This document shows positions 40,027-49,730 of a stretch of 64,000 nt of DNA, piece by piece. A model generated the notes under the pieces. It was not told where the DNA came from, did not search any database, and saw only the letters and a program-made list of their open reading frames with translations. The stretch covers positions 24,074 through 88,073 of the forward strand of contig CAYVKP010000002.1 in NCBI GenBank assembly GCA_964452165.1, written 5' to 3'. Within the stretch, counting starts at the first letter, position 1; the number at the start of each line of letters is the position of its first letter. A program made the position numbers and the translations under genes. The DNA is from an uncultured Gammaproteobacteria bacterium. Its GTDB lineage: Bacteria > Patescibacteriota > Microgenomatia > Levybacterales > GWA1-39-11.

Positions 40027-41220
40027 TTACTGGATTTGGGAGATGAGGGAGTAGATTGGTGTGATAACGGATAATATAAGGAAGGCGACAGAGACTCCGA
40101 GCACTATAATAAGAATTGGTTCGATTGCAGTCGTGAGGGTTTGAACTCGCACGGACAGGTCTCGTTCAAAATATTCGGAAATCTTAAGAAGGCTCTCGTC
40201 TATTCTTCCCGTCGACTCCCCTACTCTTGTCATCTGGACAACCATTGGCGGGAAAATCTTTTGATTATTAAGCGCATCTGAAAGCGAGATTCCCTTTTCA
40301 ACCAAGGCGGCGCAAGAAAGAATCGCCTGCTTGTACCAATAGTTACCGGCAACGTTTGCCGTTATATTAAGACTTTCAATAACTCCAGTGCCGGAGGAGA
40401 TCATAAGAGACAAGGTCCTTGTGACTTCATCAAGGCTTGAAAGCGTTAAAATTCCGCCGAGGACCGGGATTTTAAGTTTAATTTTATCTATCAACTTTAT
40501 TCCAACTTCAGTCTTTTTAAACCTCTTATATCCTATGAAACCCCCAATTCCTCCAATTATGAAGAGCGGGTAGAAAGTTGTGAAGAGCTTTGAGAATCCT
40601 AAAACGATCCTGGTCATTAATGGTAATTCCAGATTAAGATTTGCGTAAAGACTCCCAAGTTGAGGAATAACAAAAATGTTCATAACTCCAATAACGATTA
40701 CTACACCCCCAATAACAATTGTTGGATAAAACATTGCCGATTTTACTCTTTTCTTGAGATCATCGGACTTTTCCATATTGTCTGCAAGACGCGTCAGCAC
40801 CTTGTCTAGTAGTCCACCCTTCTCTGCGGCCCTGATAAGCGCTATGTAAATGTCCGAGAACGATTCTTTGTGGGCGGCCAGAGCTTCAGAGAATGAGCTA
40901 CCCTCCGAGATTTGCGAGATAAGATCTGTAACTATCGCTTTCATTCCCGCGCTCCCAACCTGCCCCTGAAGAATCTTTAGCGATTCAATGAGCGTAAGAC
41001 CCGTGAGGGCCATTGAGGATAGTTGCCGCGTAAAAATTATGATGTCTGAATTCTTTACTTTTTTTGAGGAGAATAAAGCCTGATTGGTGGCTTTTCTGAC
41101 CGATAACGGAGTTATGCTTCCGGCTCGCAAAAAATCGATAACCTCTTTTTGACTGTTAGCCTCAATCTTGCCCTTTTGCTTGACCGAGTTCTTATCAATT
41201 CCTGTGTAAACAAATTCCAT
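40027..41220 (-). CDS. pilC: type IV pilus assembly platform protein PilC (GspF family)
   Basis: 397 aa. Two T2SSF repeats and 3 TM helices. Confidence 0.9.
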   Translation of the reverse strand: MEFVYTGIDKNSVKQKGKIEANSQKEVIDFLRAGSITPLSVRKATNQALFSSKKVKNSDIIIFTRQLSSMALTGLTLIESLKILQGQVGSAGMKAIVTDLISQISEGSSFSEALAAHKESFSDIYIALIRAAEKGGLLDKVLTRLADNMEKSDDLKKRVKSAMFYPTIVIGGVVIVIGVMNIFVIPQLGSLYANLNLELPLMTRIVLGFSKLFTTFYPLFIIGGIGGFIGYKRFKKTEVGIKLIDKIKLKIPVLGGILTLSSLDEVTRTLSLMISSGTGVIESLNITANVAGNYWYKQAILSCAALVEKGISLSDALNNQKIFPPMVVQMTRVGESTGRIDESLLKISEYFERDLSVRVQTLTTAIEPILIIVLGVSVAFLILSVITPIYSLISQIQ

Positions 41221-41223
41221 ATT

Positions 41224-42306
41224 TTATCCAAGTAACTGGGCAAAAGCCTCCTGTTTCAAAACATAAGCTCTTGCTACATCAAGCGCTACGGTTCCGGCCC
41301 GGACGAGCGCGGCAAGCGATGCTTCAAGGGTTACCATTCCTTCAGATTGGGAAGTCTCAATAATAGAATCTATCAGGTGGGATTTTCCCTCGCGGATATT
41401 TGCTTTTACCGCGTTGTTGGCAATCATTACTTCACATGCTACGGCCCTACCACCGTCAATTCTTGAAATAAGTCTCTGGGAGATTATGCCGGCAAGAGAG
41501 GCTGAAAGTTGCGCCCTGATTTGGTTTTGTTGCTTCTCGGGAAATGAATCTATGATTCTATCTATAGTTTGTGATGCGGAATTGGTATGCAGGGTTGAGA
41601 AGACCAGGTGACCGGTCTCAGCCATTGTAATTGCCGAAGAGATACTTTCAGGATCACGCATTTCACCAATCATTGCAACATCAGGATCTTCTCGCAAAAT
41701 ACTTTTCAAGCTTTCGGCCCAAGAAAGACTATCGATACCAATTTCTCTTTGGGAAATCATGCTGGCCCCCTTTGGATATGTATATTCAATTGGATCTTCA
41801 ACAGTGATAATGTTGGCTGCTTGGCTCATGTTAATTTCATTGATAATTGATGCTATGGTTGTGGATTTTCCATGTCCAGTAGGTCCGGCAACCAAGACAA
41901 AGCCCTGCTTGAGCTTTGCAAATTGGTGACAGATTTGAGGGAGCGCAAGCTCTTCGATAGTTTTTACTTTGGCAGGCAGTAGTCTAAATGCCCCGGCAAT
42001 AGTGGCTCTTTGAAAATATAAATTTATTCTAAAGCGGCCTCTGTTGCCGTAATCTCCTTCTCCATATCCATAGGAAAAATCAAGACTTCTATTTGTCAGA
42101 AAAAGTTCTCGTTGGGGGGCAGTTAAAAGCGGGAAAACTAAATCCTCAATGTCTTTGTTCGTGAGCGGCTGGTAGGCAGTTAATGCGCTCAGCTTACCGT
42201 CTACTCTTAATGTGGGAGCGATACCTGCAACAAGGTGCAGATCTGAGGCGTTACTATCAATAGTTTTATCAAATAATTCCTGAATTGTCATTTTATTCTT
42301 GAGCAA
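41224..42306 (-). CDS. pilT: twitching-motility / pilus retraction ATPase PilT
   Basis: 360 aa. Walker A GPTGHGKSTT, plus Asp box and His box. Confidence 0.9.
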   Translation of the reverse strand: MLKNKMTIQELFDKTIDSNASDLHLVAGIAPTLRVDGKLSALTAYQPLTNKDIEDLVFPLLTAPQRELFLTNRSLDFSYGYGEGDYGNRGRFRINLYFQRATIAGAFRLLPAKVKTIEELALPQICHQFAKLKQGFVLVAGPTGHGKSTTIASIINEINMSQAANIITVEDPIEYTYPKGASMISQREIGIDSLSWAESLKSILREDPDVAMIGEMRDPESISSAITMAETGHLVFSTLHTNSASQTIDRIIDSFPEKQQNQIRAQLSASLAGIISQRLISRIDGGRAVACEVMIANNAVKANIREGKSHLIDSIIETSQSEGMVTLEASLAALVRAGTVALDVARAYVLKQEAFAQLLG

Positions 42307-44050
42307 CCCTTAAGATTTCATCAATCGTTGAAACTCCCTCAAGAACCTTGAGATATCCATCTTGTTTCATTGTTATCATGCCTTCCGCGACTGCCTGCTT
42401 CTCAATTCCGGCAGAATCGGTTTTTGCCAGAATTAGCTTGGCAATGCTTGGCGAGATGGGGAGAACTTCAAAAATTCCGACTCTTCCCAAATATCCCGAG
42501 TGGCCGCAATAATCGCAGCCCTCTCCTTTGTAGAGAACAACTTCCTCGTCTTTTTTTGTCAACAACGGTCCCAAAGTCTTACGAAGTTCTACGAGTAATT
42601 CCTGTGGAGGCTTAAATTCTTTTCTACAGTGACTACATATTTTTCTTGCAATTCTTTGTCCCAAAATCGCATTCATTGTTGAGGCGAGCAAAAATGTTTC
42701 GGCTCCCATGTCAATCAAACGCGGAAGAGTCCCTGATGCATTTGAGGTGTGTAGCGTTGAGAAGACCAAGTGACCGGTAAGCGACGCCTGAATAGCAAGG
42801 TCTGTTGTTTCTTTGTCACGGATTTCACCGACAAGAATAATGTTGGGGTCTTGTCGAAGAAATGCTCGCAATCCCGTTGCAAAAGTAAGTCCCACGTCAG
42901 GATTAATCTGTACTTGGTTAGATCCTTGGATTTGGTATTCGACCGGGTCCTCGAGCGTCAAAATATTTACGCGCGTTGTGTTGAGCTTGGATAGGACCGA
43001 ATATAGAGTTGTAGTTTTTCCAGAACCTGTAGGACCGCAAACAATAATAATCCCGTGAGGCCTAAGAATTGATGCTTCAAGATTTTTAAGAGCTGTACCT
43101 CCAAGCCCCAATTCGTTAAGAGTTGGCACTCCACCCGATTTTTTAAGAAGACGCATAACAATCTTTTCTCCAAAAGATACAGGCAAGACGCTTACACGAA
43201 GATCTACCTCCTCATCTCCGAATTTAAAGTTAAACCTTCCATCTTGAGGAGTTCTGTGTTCGTCAATTTTCATGTCCGACAGAATCTTGATTCTTGAGAT
43301 AACCGCTTCTTTTACAGCCATAGGAAGCGAGAGTCTTTCGTACAAAATTCCGTCAATTCTGTAACGAACTCGAACGCGATCCTCTTGCGGCTCAAGGTGT
43401 ACGTCGGAAGCTTTGCTTTTTATCGCGTATTCAAGAATTGTCGAGACAATTTTGGCAATTGGCGCTTCTTTAATAACCTGCGAAAGACTATCTTTATCGA
43501 AGGTCTTAACGCCCGTTATCTGCTCGGTTTCCTTAACTGCGGCTTTTACTTCACCAATCAGTCCAAAAGTATATTGATTTTGAATTGCTACCGTTATCTC
43601 GTCGGGTATTGCTTGAAAAGAAAGAATCGTAGCATTTGTTTTTTGGCGCAAGAAGTTTATGGTTTCGATATCGAGGGGATTAGACATGGCAATGGACAGC
43701 TTGTTTGCTTCTTTGTCAAATGCAAACGGAATAATATTGAGCCTCTCGGCAAGAGCTTTTGGAACAAAACTCAGCGCCTCGGGTGAAAAAGGAAGATTGG
43801 CTATCGAGACGAATGGAATTCCAATAAGTTTTGAACGGGTTTCATAGTAGGTCTCATCCTTTACGATTTTTGCAGCCAAAAGCAATTTATCTATTGATTC
43901 TCCCTTGTTGAGTGACTCAGACTTAAGCTGATCGTATTGCTGTTGGGTGATGAGCTTTTCTATAAGAAGGATATCGGCGACAGTCTTGTCTTGTCCACCT
44001 GATTGTGTTTGAGGTGCTTGACTTGTATTGGTTTGGGCAGTCGGATCCAT
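42293..44050 (-). CDS. pilB: type IV pilus assembly ATPase PilB (GspE family)
   Basis: 585 aa. An N-terminal T2SSE_N domain, Walker A GPTGSGKTTT and a tetracysteine motif. Confidence 0.9.
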   Translation of the reverse strand: MDPTAQTNTSQAPQTQSGGQDKTVADILLIEKLITQQQYDQLKSESLNKGESIDKLLLAAKIVKDETYYETRSKLIGIPFVSIANLPFSPEALSFVPKALAERLNIIPFAFDKEANKLSIAMSNPLDIETINFLRQKTNATILSFQAIPDEITVAIQNQYTFGLIGEVKAAVKETEQITGVKTFDKDSLSQVIKEAPIAKIVSTILEYAIKSKASDVHLEPQEDRVRVRYRIDGILYERLSLPMAVKEAVISRIKILSDMKIDEHRTPQDGRFNFKFGDEEVDLRVSVLPVSFGEKIVMRLLKKSGGVPTLNELGLGGTALKNLEASILRPHGIIIVCGPTGSGKTTTLYSVLSKLNTTRVNILTLEDPVEYQIQGSNQVQINPDVGLTFATGLRAFLRQDPNIILVGEIRDKETTDLAIQASLTGHLVFSTLHTSNASGTLPRLIDMGAETFLLASTMNAILGQRIARKICSHCRKEFKPPQELLVELRKTLGPLLTKKDEEVVLYKGEGCDYCGHSGYLGRVGIFEVLPISPSIAKLILAKTDSAGIEKQAVAEGMITMKQDGYLKVLEGVSTIDEILRVAQE

Positions 44051-44093
44051 TTATTTTTCTTGGTGGCAAAGACGTAGTAAGGGGTTTGCTTCC

Positions 44094-44126
44094 AAACCAC
44101 AAACCACGTGCAATAAACCACGTGCT
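44094..44126. promoter_or_regulatory. direct repeats AAACCAC / AAACCACGTGC x2 with two CACGTG palindromes in the divergent pilB/holB control region
   Basis: Seen 45-80 bp upstream of the pilB start on the minus strand. Candidate operator sites. Confidence 0.3.
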
Positions 44127-44163
44127 TATACAATCGTATTAAATCACTTGATATAATGTCAAT

Positions 44164-44826
44164 ATGCGCACGTTCATTTTGAAAGGAAATACAATCGAAA
44201 AAGAACAATTCATCAAAGCTTTCATTAATGATAATAATATTGCCGCATTTAACATCCATAGATTCACCGAGCCTATAAAACTTGCCGATGCAAAAGAAAT
44301 TAAGAAAACGGTCAGCCGTGCATCAATAAGCGGAGGAGCAAGACTTTTCGTTATAGACTCAGAAGTTAATGTAGAAGCGCAAAATGCACTCCTTAAGACA
44401 ATTGAAGAGTTCCCACAGGACTCAACCATAATGTTTTTGTCGGAAAATTTGCTCCCGACGATTTATTCAAGATGTTCGGTGATAAATTTAGGCCAAAAGA
44501 CGCAAGGCGCGGCGGCAAGTTTTTCGGTTTTAGATTTTATAGACTCTGAGAATATGGATCATTCTGCTGCCTCTGCCCTGCTTTTTGCCGATCTGGTCCT
44601 TGCTAACAAAAGTGACAATATAGTTGCCGATCTGGTTCTTTCTTTAAGAGCGGATTTGCTGGTTGCTATCAAGAATCACGAAGTCAAAAAGATCGCGTTA
44701 CTATTTCAGCTAGTAAAAGAGGCGTCCCAAATCTATCCTTTAATTCAGGCAAACAATCTGAATTCAAGACTTGCGGTGGAAAAACTTTTCATCAAAACCG
44801 CAAAGGAGCTCCGTTTGCCCTCTTGA
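44164..44826 (+). CDS. holB: short DNA polymerase III delta-prime-like protein
   Basis: 220 aa. Matches the central clamp-loader region …AQNALLKTIEEFPQDSTIMFLSENLLPTIYSRC… (the SRC motif). It lacks an N-terminal P-loop. Confidence 0.6.
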   Translation: MRTFILKGNTIEKEQFIKAFINDNNIAAFNIHRFTEPIKLADAKEIKKTVSRASISGGARLFVIDSEVNVEAQNALLKTIEEFPQDSTIMFLSENLLPTIYSRCSVINLGQKTQGAAASFSVLDFIDSENMDHSAASALLFADLVLANKSDNIVADLVLSLRADLLVAIKNHEVKKIALLFQLVKEASQIYPLIQANNLNSRLAVEKLFIKTAKELRLPS

Positions 44827-44852
44827 CAAGAGTTTTGCTTTGTGGTTAAGAT
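44823..44852 (+). promoter_or_regulatory. putative sigma70-like promoter of the major pilin gene (TTGACA - 18 nt - TAAGAT)
   Basis: A perfect -35 hexamer. The -10 is moderate. It would give a very short leader. Confidence 0.3.
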
Positions 44853-44865
44853 TTATATTGTATAC

Positions 44866-45414
44866 ATGAGATTATTTTCTGCCCGAAATAGTATTCGTAA
44901 AGGTTTTACCCTCATTGAACTTCTCGTAGTTATTGGAATCTTAGGAATCCTTGCCGCCGCGCTTGTTGCCACCATCGATCCTTTTGAGCAGCTTAAGAAA
45001 GCAAATGATGCCAATACTCAAAATGCTTTAGTCGAGTACATTAATGCTGTTACTAGATACTACACAACGCACAACGCTTTCCCATGGGACGCTGCCGGAG
45101 CCAGCTGCAACAGCGCTGCCGCTCCTAGTGGCTTGACCTTATCAAGCGCCGGAATGGTAACTTGTACGACTGCTCTTACAGGTGACAACGAGCTTAAGGC
45201 CGCCTTCACTTCATCTGCAGCATTGCCGCTGATTTATATATCGTTCGATTCTACTCTTAATCAGACGACTGGTTGCTACAATCCAAAATCAAAGTCTGTC
45301 CTACACAATGCCAACACGAAATGGAGCAACACAGGCTCAGATCTTTCAGCAACAACCTGCAGCAACGCAAACAAGGACGCAAACGCCACTTCATGTTACT
45401 GGTGCACTAAGTAG
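44866..45414 (+). CDS. type IV pilin (major pilin candidate), with a prepilin leader and KGFTLIELLVVIGILG
   Basis: Class III signal: the leader ends in G, then FTLIEL with Glu at position 5. Cys residues near the C-terminus suggest a disulfide loop. First ATG at 44866; the ORF-track start at 44842 is a GTG. Confidence 0.8.
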   Translation: MRLFSARNSIRKGFTLIELLVVIGILGILAAALVATIDPFEQLKKANDANTQNALVEYINAVTRYYTTHNAFPWDAAGASCNSAAAPSGLTLSSAGMVTCTTALTGDNELKAAFTSSAALPLIYISFDSTLNQTTGCYNPKSKSVLHNANTKWSNTGSDLSATTCSNANKDANATSCYWCTK

Positions 45415-45474
45415 TCTTCCCCCGCTCTACAATTCTCTAGTGAATCAAATCTTTTTTTCTGGTTTAATTGGTAT

Positions 45475-46251
45475 ATGTACGATGTCTTTATTCTTTTTGT
45501 AATCTTTGCGTTTGGTGCGGCGTTCGGTAGCTTTCTAAATGTTGTAATAGATAGGACTGCAAGAAGCGAAAGCCTTGTAGGTGGAAGATCATACTGCGAG
45601 AAATGTGGTAAAAAACTCCTTCCACAAGATCTTATTCCTCTGGTTTCATTCTTGCTCCTTGGAGCCAAATGCCGTTTTTGTCATAAAAAAATACCCGGTA
45701 GGCTATTTTTGGTTGAGTTAATAGTAGCGCTTCTGGCCGTTTTTGTTTTTGGGTCGTTTCTAACAAGTGGCTTACTATTCGAATCGTTGTATGTGTTTGT
45801 CACGTCACTGTCTTTGATTGGAATTTTCTTTGCAGACATTGAGTATGGAATAATTCCCGACGAACTTCTCGTTCTATTATCAATTTCTGCCACGGCGCAT
45901 CTCTTTTTTGCTACACCTCATAATATTCCAAATTACCTCTTGTCAGCAGTGGGGTCAGGATTAGTATTCTTAGCAATTTACCTTGTTACAAGGGGCCGAG
46001 GTATGGGATTTGGTGATGTCAAATTAGCCTTTGTGCTCGGTCTGTTTTTGGGTTTTCCTAAAATTATTGCATCTTTGTACTTGGCTTTCTTGACAGGCGC
46101 AATTGTTGGCATCATACTTGTATTATGGAGAAAAAAGAAGCTTGCCGGCGGAACAATTCCCTTTGGCCCCTTTCTCGTTTTGGCAGCTTTCGTAGTGTAT
46201 TTTTGGGGAGATCAAATAATCACACAAACTCTCCGATTTCTAGGACTTTAA
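45475..46251 (+). CDS. pilD: prepilin peptidase (A24 family)
   Basis: 258 aa. The N-terminal Cys tetrad (C..C…C..C) and polytopic membrane domains with catalytic Asp residues. Confidence 0.9.
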   Translation: MYDVFILFVIFAFGAAFGSFLNVVIDRTARSESLVGGRSYCEKCGKKLLPQDLIPLVSFLLLGAKCRFCHKKIPGRLFLVELIVALLAVFVFGSFLTSGLLFESLYVFVTSLSLIGIFFADIEYGIIPDELLVLLSISATAHLFFATPHNIPNYLLSAVGSGLVFLAIYLVTRGRGMGFGDVKLAFVLGLFLGFPKIIASLYLAFLTGAIVGIILVLWRKKKLAGGTIPFGPFLVLAAFVVYFWGDQIITQTLRFLGL

Positions 46252-46727
46252 AAGGATTCACTCTCATTGAGCTGGTTATTTCGATTGGAATAATTGCCGT
46301 TATGGCAACCTTTCTTTTGGTTGTAGTGAATCCATTTGAGCAATTTAAGAAAGCCTCTGATACGCAAAGAAAAAGTGATCTTGCTCAAATTCAGAGAGCC
46401 CTTGAAGCTTACTATCAGGACCATGGACAATATCCCACGAGCTCGAGCTTTAAGATTGTCAACAACTCCACGCCTGTCTCTTGGGGATCAACATGGAGTC
46501 CCTATATTAATGCATTGCCCAAAGACCCCTCCCCAACCAAAAATTACGCTTATGTTTCGCTTGCTTCAGGTCAAAGTTATGAACTGTACGCATCGCTAGA
46601 CAGGGCAAACAAAGACCCACAGGCTTGTAAGTCTGATGGTAGCGCATGTGATGGTGCGGTAAGCGCTTCAGCAACATGCGGGGGTATTTGCAACTACGGA
46701 GTTTCAAGCCCCAATATCTCGCCTTAG
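46203..46727 (+). CDS. type IV pilin or pseudopilin with an unusually long leader (…SRTLKGFTLIELVISIGIIAV…)
   Basis: The prepilin cleavage motif is unambiguous. However, no in-frame ATG or GTG exists upstream of it. The nearest in-frame start is a TTG at 46203. The gene overlaps the 3' end of pilD. Confidence 0.65.
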   Translation: MGRSNNHTNSPISRTLKGFTLIELVISIGIIAVMATFLLVVVNPFEQFKKASDTQRKSDLAQIQRALEAYYQDHGQYPTSSSFKIVNNSTPVSWGSTWSPYINALPKDPSPTKNYAYVSLASGQSYELYASLDRANKDPQACKSDGSACDGAVSASATCGGICNYGVSSPNISP

Positions 46728-46764
46728 TTTGTATTACCTATCCATTTTTATGTATCATGTATAT

Positions 46765-47280
46765 ATGAAGAGAATTTGGGATAGAAGTAAAGGTTTTACT
46801 CTCATTGAGCTTCTTGTTGTTATAACCATAATCTCTGTTCTTTCAGGATTACTGCTCGTAAACTTTGTTGGGATCAGGCAGCGCGGTAGAGATGCCCAAA
46901 GAAAGTCGGATCTAGAGCAGATAAGGTCAGCTCTTGAATTATACCGCTCAGATAACGGGTCATATCCTGTTGCAGCGGGATGGGTCCTTAGCAACGGAGG
47001 AACAAGTTGGATACCGGGTCTTGCAACAACCTATATCCAAAAAGTTCCGGTTGATCCTCTTAATTCTGGGCCTACCTGGCCATGGGGAGGAACCGGTAAT
47101 AACTACTATGCGTATTGGAGCGGTGATTGGTGTGTGCCAGCCGGAAGATCGTACATTCTTGTTACACGACTTGAAAATACAGCTGATTCAGCAGCCGGGA
47201 AAAATGTCGAAGCAGGCGGGGCGGCATGTCTATGGCCTAACAATGGAGATGTCGGACTTTACACGGTGACCAATCCATGA
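46765..47280 (+). CDS. type IV pilin or pseudopilin (MKRIWDRSKG|FTLIELLVVITIISV…)
   Basis: A class III signal peptide with a beta-rich C-terminal domain. The ORF-track start is at 46729. Confidence 0.75.
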   Translation: MKRIWDRSKGFTLIELLVVITIISVLSGLLLVNFVGIRQRGRDAQRKSDLEQIRSALELYRSDNGSYPVAAGWVLSNGGTSWIPGLATTYIQKVPVDPLNSGPTWPWGGTGNNYYAYWSGDWCVPAGRSYILVTRLENTADSAAGKNVEAGGAACLWPNNGDVGLYTVTNP

Positions 47281-47287
47281 AATATGT

Positions 47288-47818
47288 ATGATTACAAGTC
47301 CAATTCGTCGTTATACTCTGAACTGCAATGATCGCTTGAGATTTTCAGGCTTCACTCTCATTGAGCTTCTTGTGACCTTCACTCTAATGAGTATTATCTC
47401 GGGGATTGGATTCGCTGCTTTTGCAAATTACAGTAGAAAGCAGACTGTTGTTCAGGCGGCACAAGATCTGCGGCAATCGGTAAATTTATCCCGTTTTAAT
47501 TCTCTCGCCTCGGTCAAGCCGTCTCAATGCTCAAATTACGACTTATCATCTTACAAATTCAACTTCTGTATAAATTCGGGTTGCGGGGTAGCATACGAGG
47601 CAGTAGCAGATTGTGGGTCTGTCACAAAGACGATCATATCAAAGACCCTTCCTCCAAATGTGACACTTGCAAATATTCCGGGTGAGAATATTTGTCAAAG
47701 TCTTAAATTTCATACTCTAAGTTCTATTGTAGAAGGCGTGCCGTGTAAAATAAAAATGAGCGGTTATGGAAACGACGTAATTATGTCTATTGATTCAAGC
47801 GGTTATGTCTCACTTTAG
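47288..47818 (+). CDS. type IV pilin or pseudopilin (…LRFSG|FTLIELLVTFTLMSIISG…)
   Basis: A class III signal. A probable alternative TTG start at 47336 would give a canonical 5-aa leader (M)RFSG. Confidence 0.7.
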   Translation: MITSPIRRYTLNCNDRLRFSGFTLIELLVTFTLMSIISGIGFAAFANYSRKQTVVQAAQDLRQSVNLSRFNSLASVKPSQCSNYDLSSYKFNFCINSGCGVAYEAVADCGSVTKTIISKTLPPNVTLANIPGENICQSLKFHTLSSIVEGVPCKIKMSGYGNDVIMSIDSSGYVSL

Positions 47819-48344
47819 AAAAAACGGAGGACAAACAATTATTGAAGCAGTCGTTGCGCTGTCATGTATACTTCTGGCGCTTGCCGCAATTTCTGTGGCG
47901 ATAGTGACTAGCATAAACAATTCCGAGTTTTCAAAGAATCAGACGCTTGCGGCAAAATATGCCCAGCAGGGCATGGAAAGTATGACTTATCTTCGCAGTA
48001 CTGATCCAGTCGCTTTTGAATCAAGAAGCGGCGTTTATTGCATGTACCCGGATTCAACGACTATGTGCGGAGATGGTACATTCAATCAGTTGTGCGCCGG
48101 TACTTGTACAAACGTCAACATCGCAAGTACTTTTAAAAGAGAGGCGGAATTTGTTCAAAATTCAACCGACTGCGGAGTGCTTCCCACCACTGCCCCAACA
48201 AGCTCTTTAATCTACGGAACGAAAGTTACTGTTTCCGTTTATTGGGCAAGCGGTAAGTGTAATGTATTAACCAATAGTTTTTGTCATAAATCTCAGCTGG
48301 TATCCTGTTTTTCAAGAACTTCATCTTACGGTACGCAACTATGA
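47805..48344 (+). CDS. minor pseudopilin (PilV/FimT-like; …NGG|QTIIEAVVALSCILLAL…)
   Basis: A prepilin-type N-terminal methylation motif with Q at +1 and E at +5. Confidence 0.6.
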   Translation: MSHFRKNGGQTIIEAVVALSCILLALAAISVAIVTSINNSEFSKNQTLAAKYAQQGMESMTYLRSTDPVAFESRSGVYCMYPDSTTMCGDGTFNQLCAGTCTNVNIASTFKREAEFVQNSTDCGVLPTTAPTSSLIYGTKVTVSVYWASGKCNVLTNSFCHKSQLVSCFSRTSSYGTQL

Positions 48345-48901
48345 TTTTTAATTCCAAAGCAAGATTCGGATATACAATGATTGAGCTTCTAGCAGTAGTC
48401 TCTATTCTTGTCGCCCTCACAGGTATAATAACGGGAATTTTGTATTCGACGTTAAGAGGTTCAAATAAGGTAAAAATAACCACAGAAGTAAGCGACAATG
48501 GCGCTTACGTTATCTCGGTTATCACAAATGCCATTAATGACACGAGAAACATAACACAAGTAGGGGGAGTAGACATAAATGATTGTACCGGTTCTCCCGT
48601 TGGCAAATCTATCACGCTTAAAAGGCTCAATGGAAGCACGACAGTTTTTGCCTGTAGTGGTAATACAATTGCTTCAAGTAGCGCGTCCCTGGGCAATAGC
48701 ACATCCTTGATAAACACAAATCAGGTTCAGTCCGACTATAGTTCTTGCTCGTTCACGTGCATGCAAAAAGCAGATGACCTGTATGCCGTGCCAATTATAA
48801 CTATGAATTTTAAAATAGGCGATTTGGGGGTAAACGCTCAAGAACTCAAGGGTTCTGCCACTTTTAACACCTCAGTTGCAGTCCGTAACTACTTGCCTTA
48901 A
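48341..48901 (+). CDS. minor pilin or pseudopilin (MIFNSKARFG|YTMIELLAVVSILVAL…)
   Basis: A class III signal with Tyr at +1 and Glu at +5. Confidence 0.7.
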   Translation: MIFNSKARFGYTMIELLAVVSILVALTGIITGILYSTLRGSNKVKITTEVSDNGAYVISVITNAINDTRNITQVGGVDINDCTGSPVGKSITLKRLNGSTTVFACSGNTIASSSASLGNSTSLINTNQVQSDYSSCSFTCMQKADDLYAVPIITMNFKIGDLGVNAQELKGSATFNTSVAVRNYLP

Positions 48902-48944
48902 CACGCGCTTGACACGTCCTACAATTTTCTTCTATCATGAGTAT

Positions 48945-49730
48945 ATGTACAAGAAAAGCCAGCGCGGGCAAATGCTACTCGTTGTTGTACTCACAATGAT
49001 TGTTGCGTTAACCGTGGGTCTTTCAGTTGTTTCAAGAACCGTAACCAACCTTAGGATTTCACGACAAAATGAGGAGTCCCAAAGGGCCTTCCAGGCGGCC
49101 GAGGCCGGAATTGAGCAGGCCTTGCAGTCAAGTACAGATAAGGTAAAGTTCAACTTCTCAAATAGCTCAACATATACAACCACAACGACTCCCCTGTCAG
49201 GACAAACTTTCTTACTGAATGGTGGAGACGTTGTAGACCAGGACGCGGGCATTGACCTATGGCTTTCAGACTACCCAACTTACGCAAATCCCAAATCGCC
49301 CACGCTAACTTTCTATTGGGTAACAAATAATCAGGCCTGCTCAACAAGAAGCGGGGACGGTGTTGCGCCTGCGATCGAGATAGCAGTTCTTTACGGGAAC
49401 TATCTTTCCCCCAATTTTAAGAAATACGTTTACGATCCTTGCGGTAGAATTCCAAACCCCCCAAGTGTAATATCGGCAGGCACACAGATTGAAAACATAG
49501 ACCTTACGTACAAAGCTACTATAAGTATCACTAATGGACTTCTTGCTAAGATAATCCCTCTCTATAACTCAACCAAAATAGGAATCTCATCAAGTATCGC
49601 ATTACCAAGTCAAGGAACTGTTATTGAGTCAGTAGGAGAGTCAGGGGATACAGTGAGAAGGGTAAAATACTTCTCTTCTCACCCGCAGGTTCCACTTGAA
49701 ATTTTCCCCTACTCTATCATCTCGCAATGA
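48945..49730 (+). CDS. PilX-like pilus assembly / minor pilin protein
   Basis: The N-terminus MYKKSQRGQMLLVVVLTMIVALTVGLSV resembles the PilX N-terminal domain. The ORF-track start is at 48876. Confidence 0.55.
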   Translation: MYKKSQRGQMLLVVVLTMIVALTVGLSVVSRTVTNLRISRQNEESQRAFQAAEAGIEQALQSSTDKVKFNFSNSSTYTTTTTPLSGQTFLLNGGDVVDQDAGIDLWLSDYPTYANPKSPTLTFYWVTNNQACSTRSGDGVAPAIEIAVLYGNYLSPNFKKYVYDPCGRIPNPPSVISAGTQIENIDLTYKATISITNGLLAKIIPLYNSTKIGISSSIALPSQGTVIESVGESGDTVRRVKYFSSHPQVPLEIFPYSIISQ

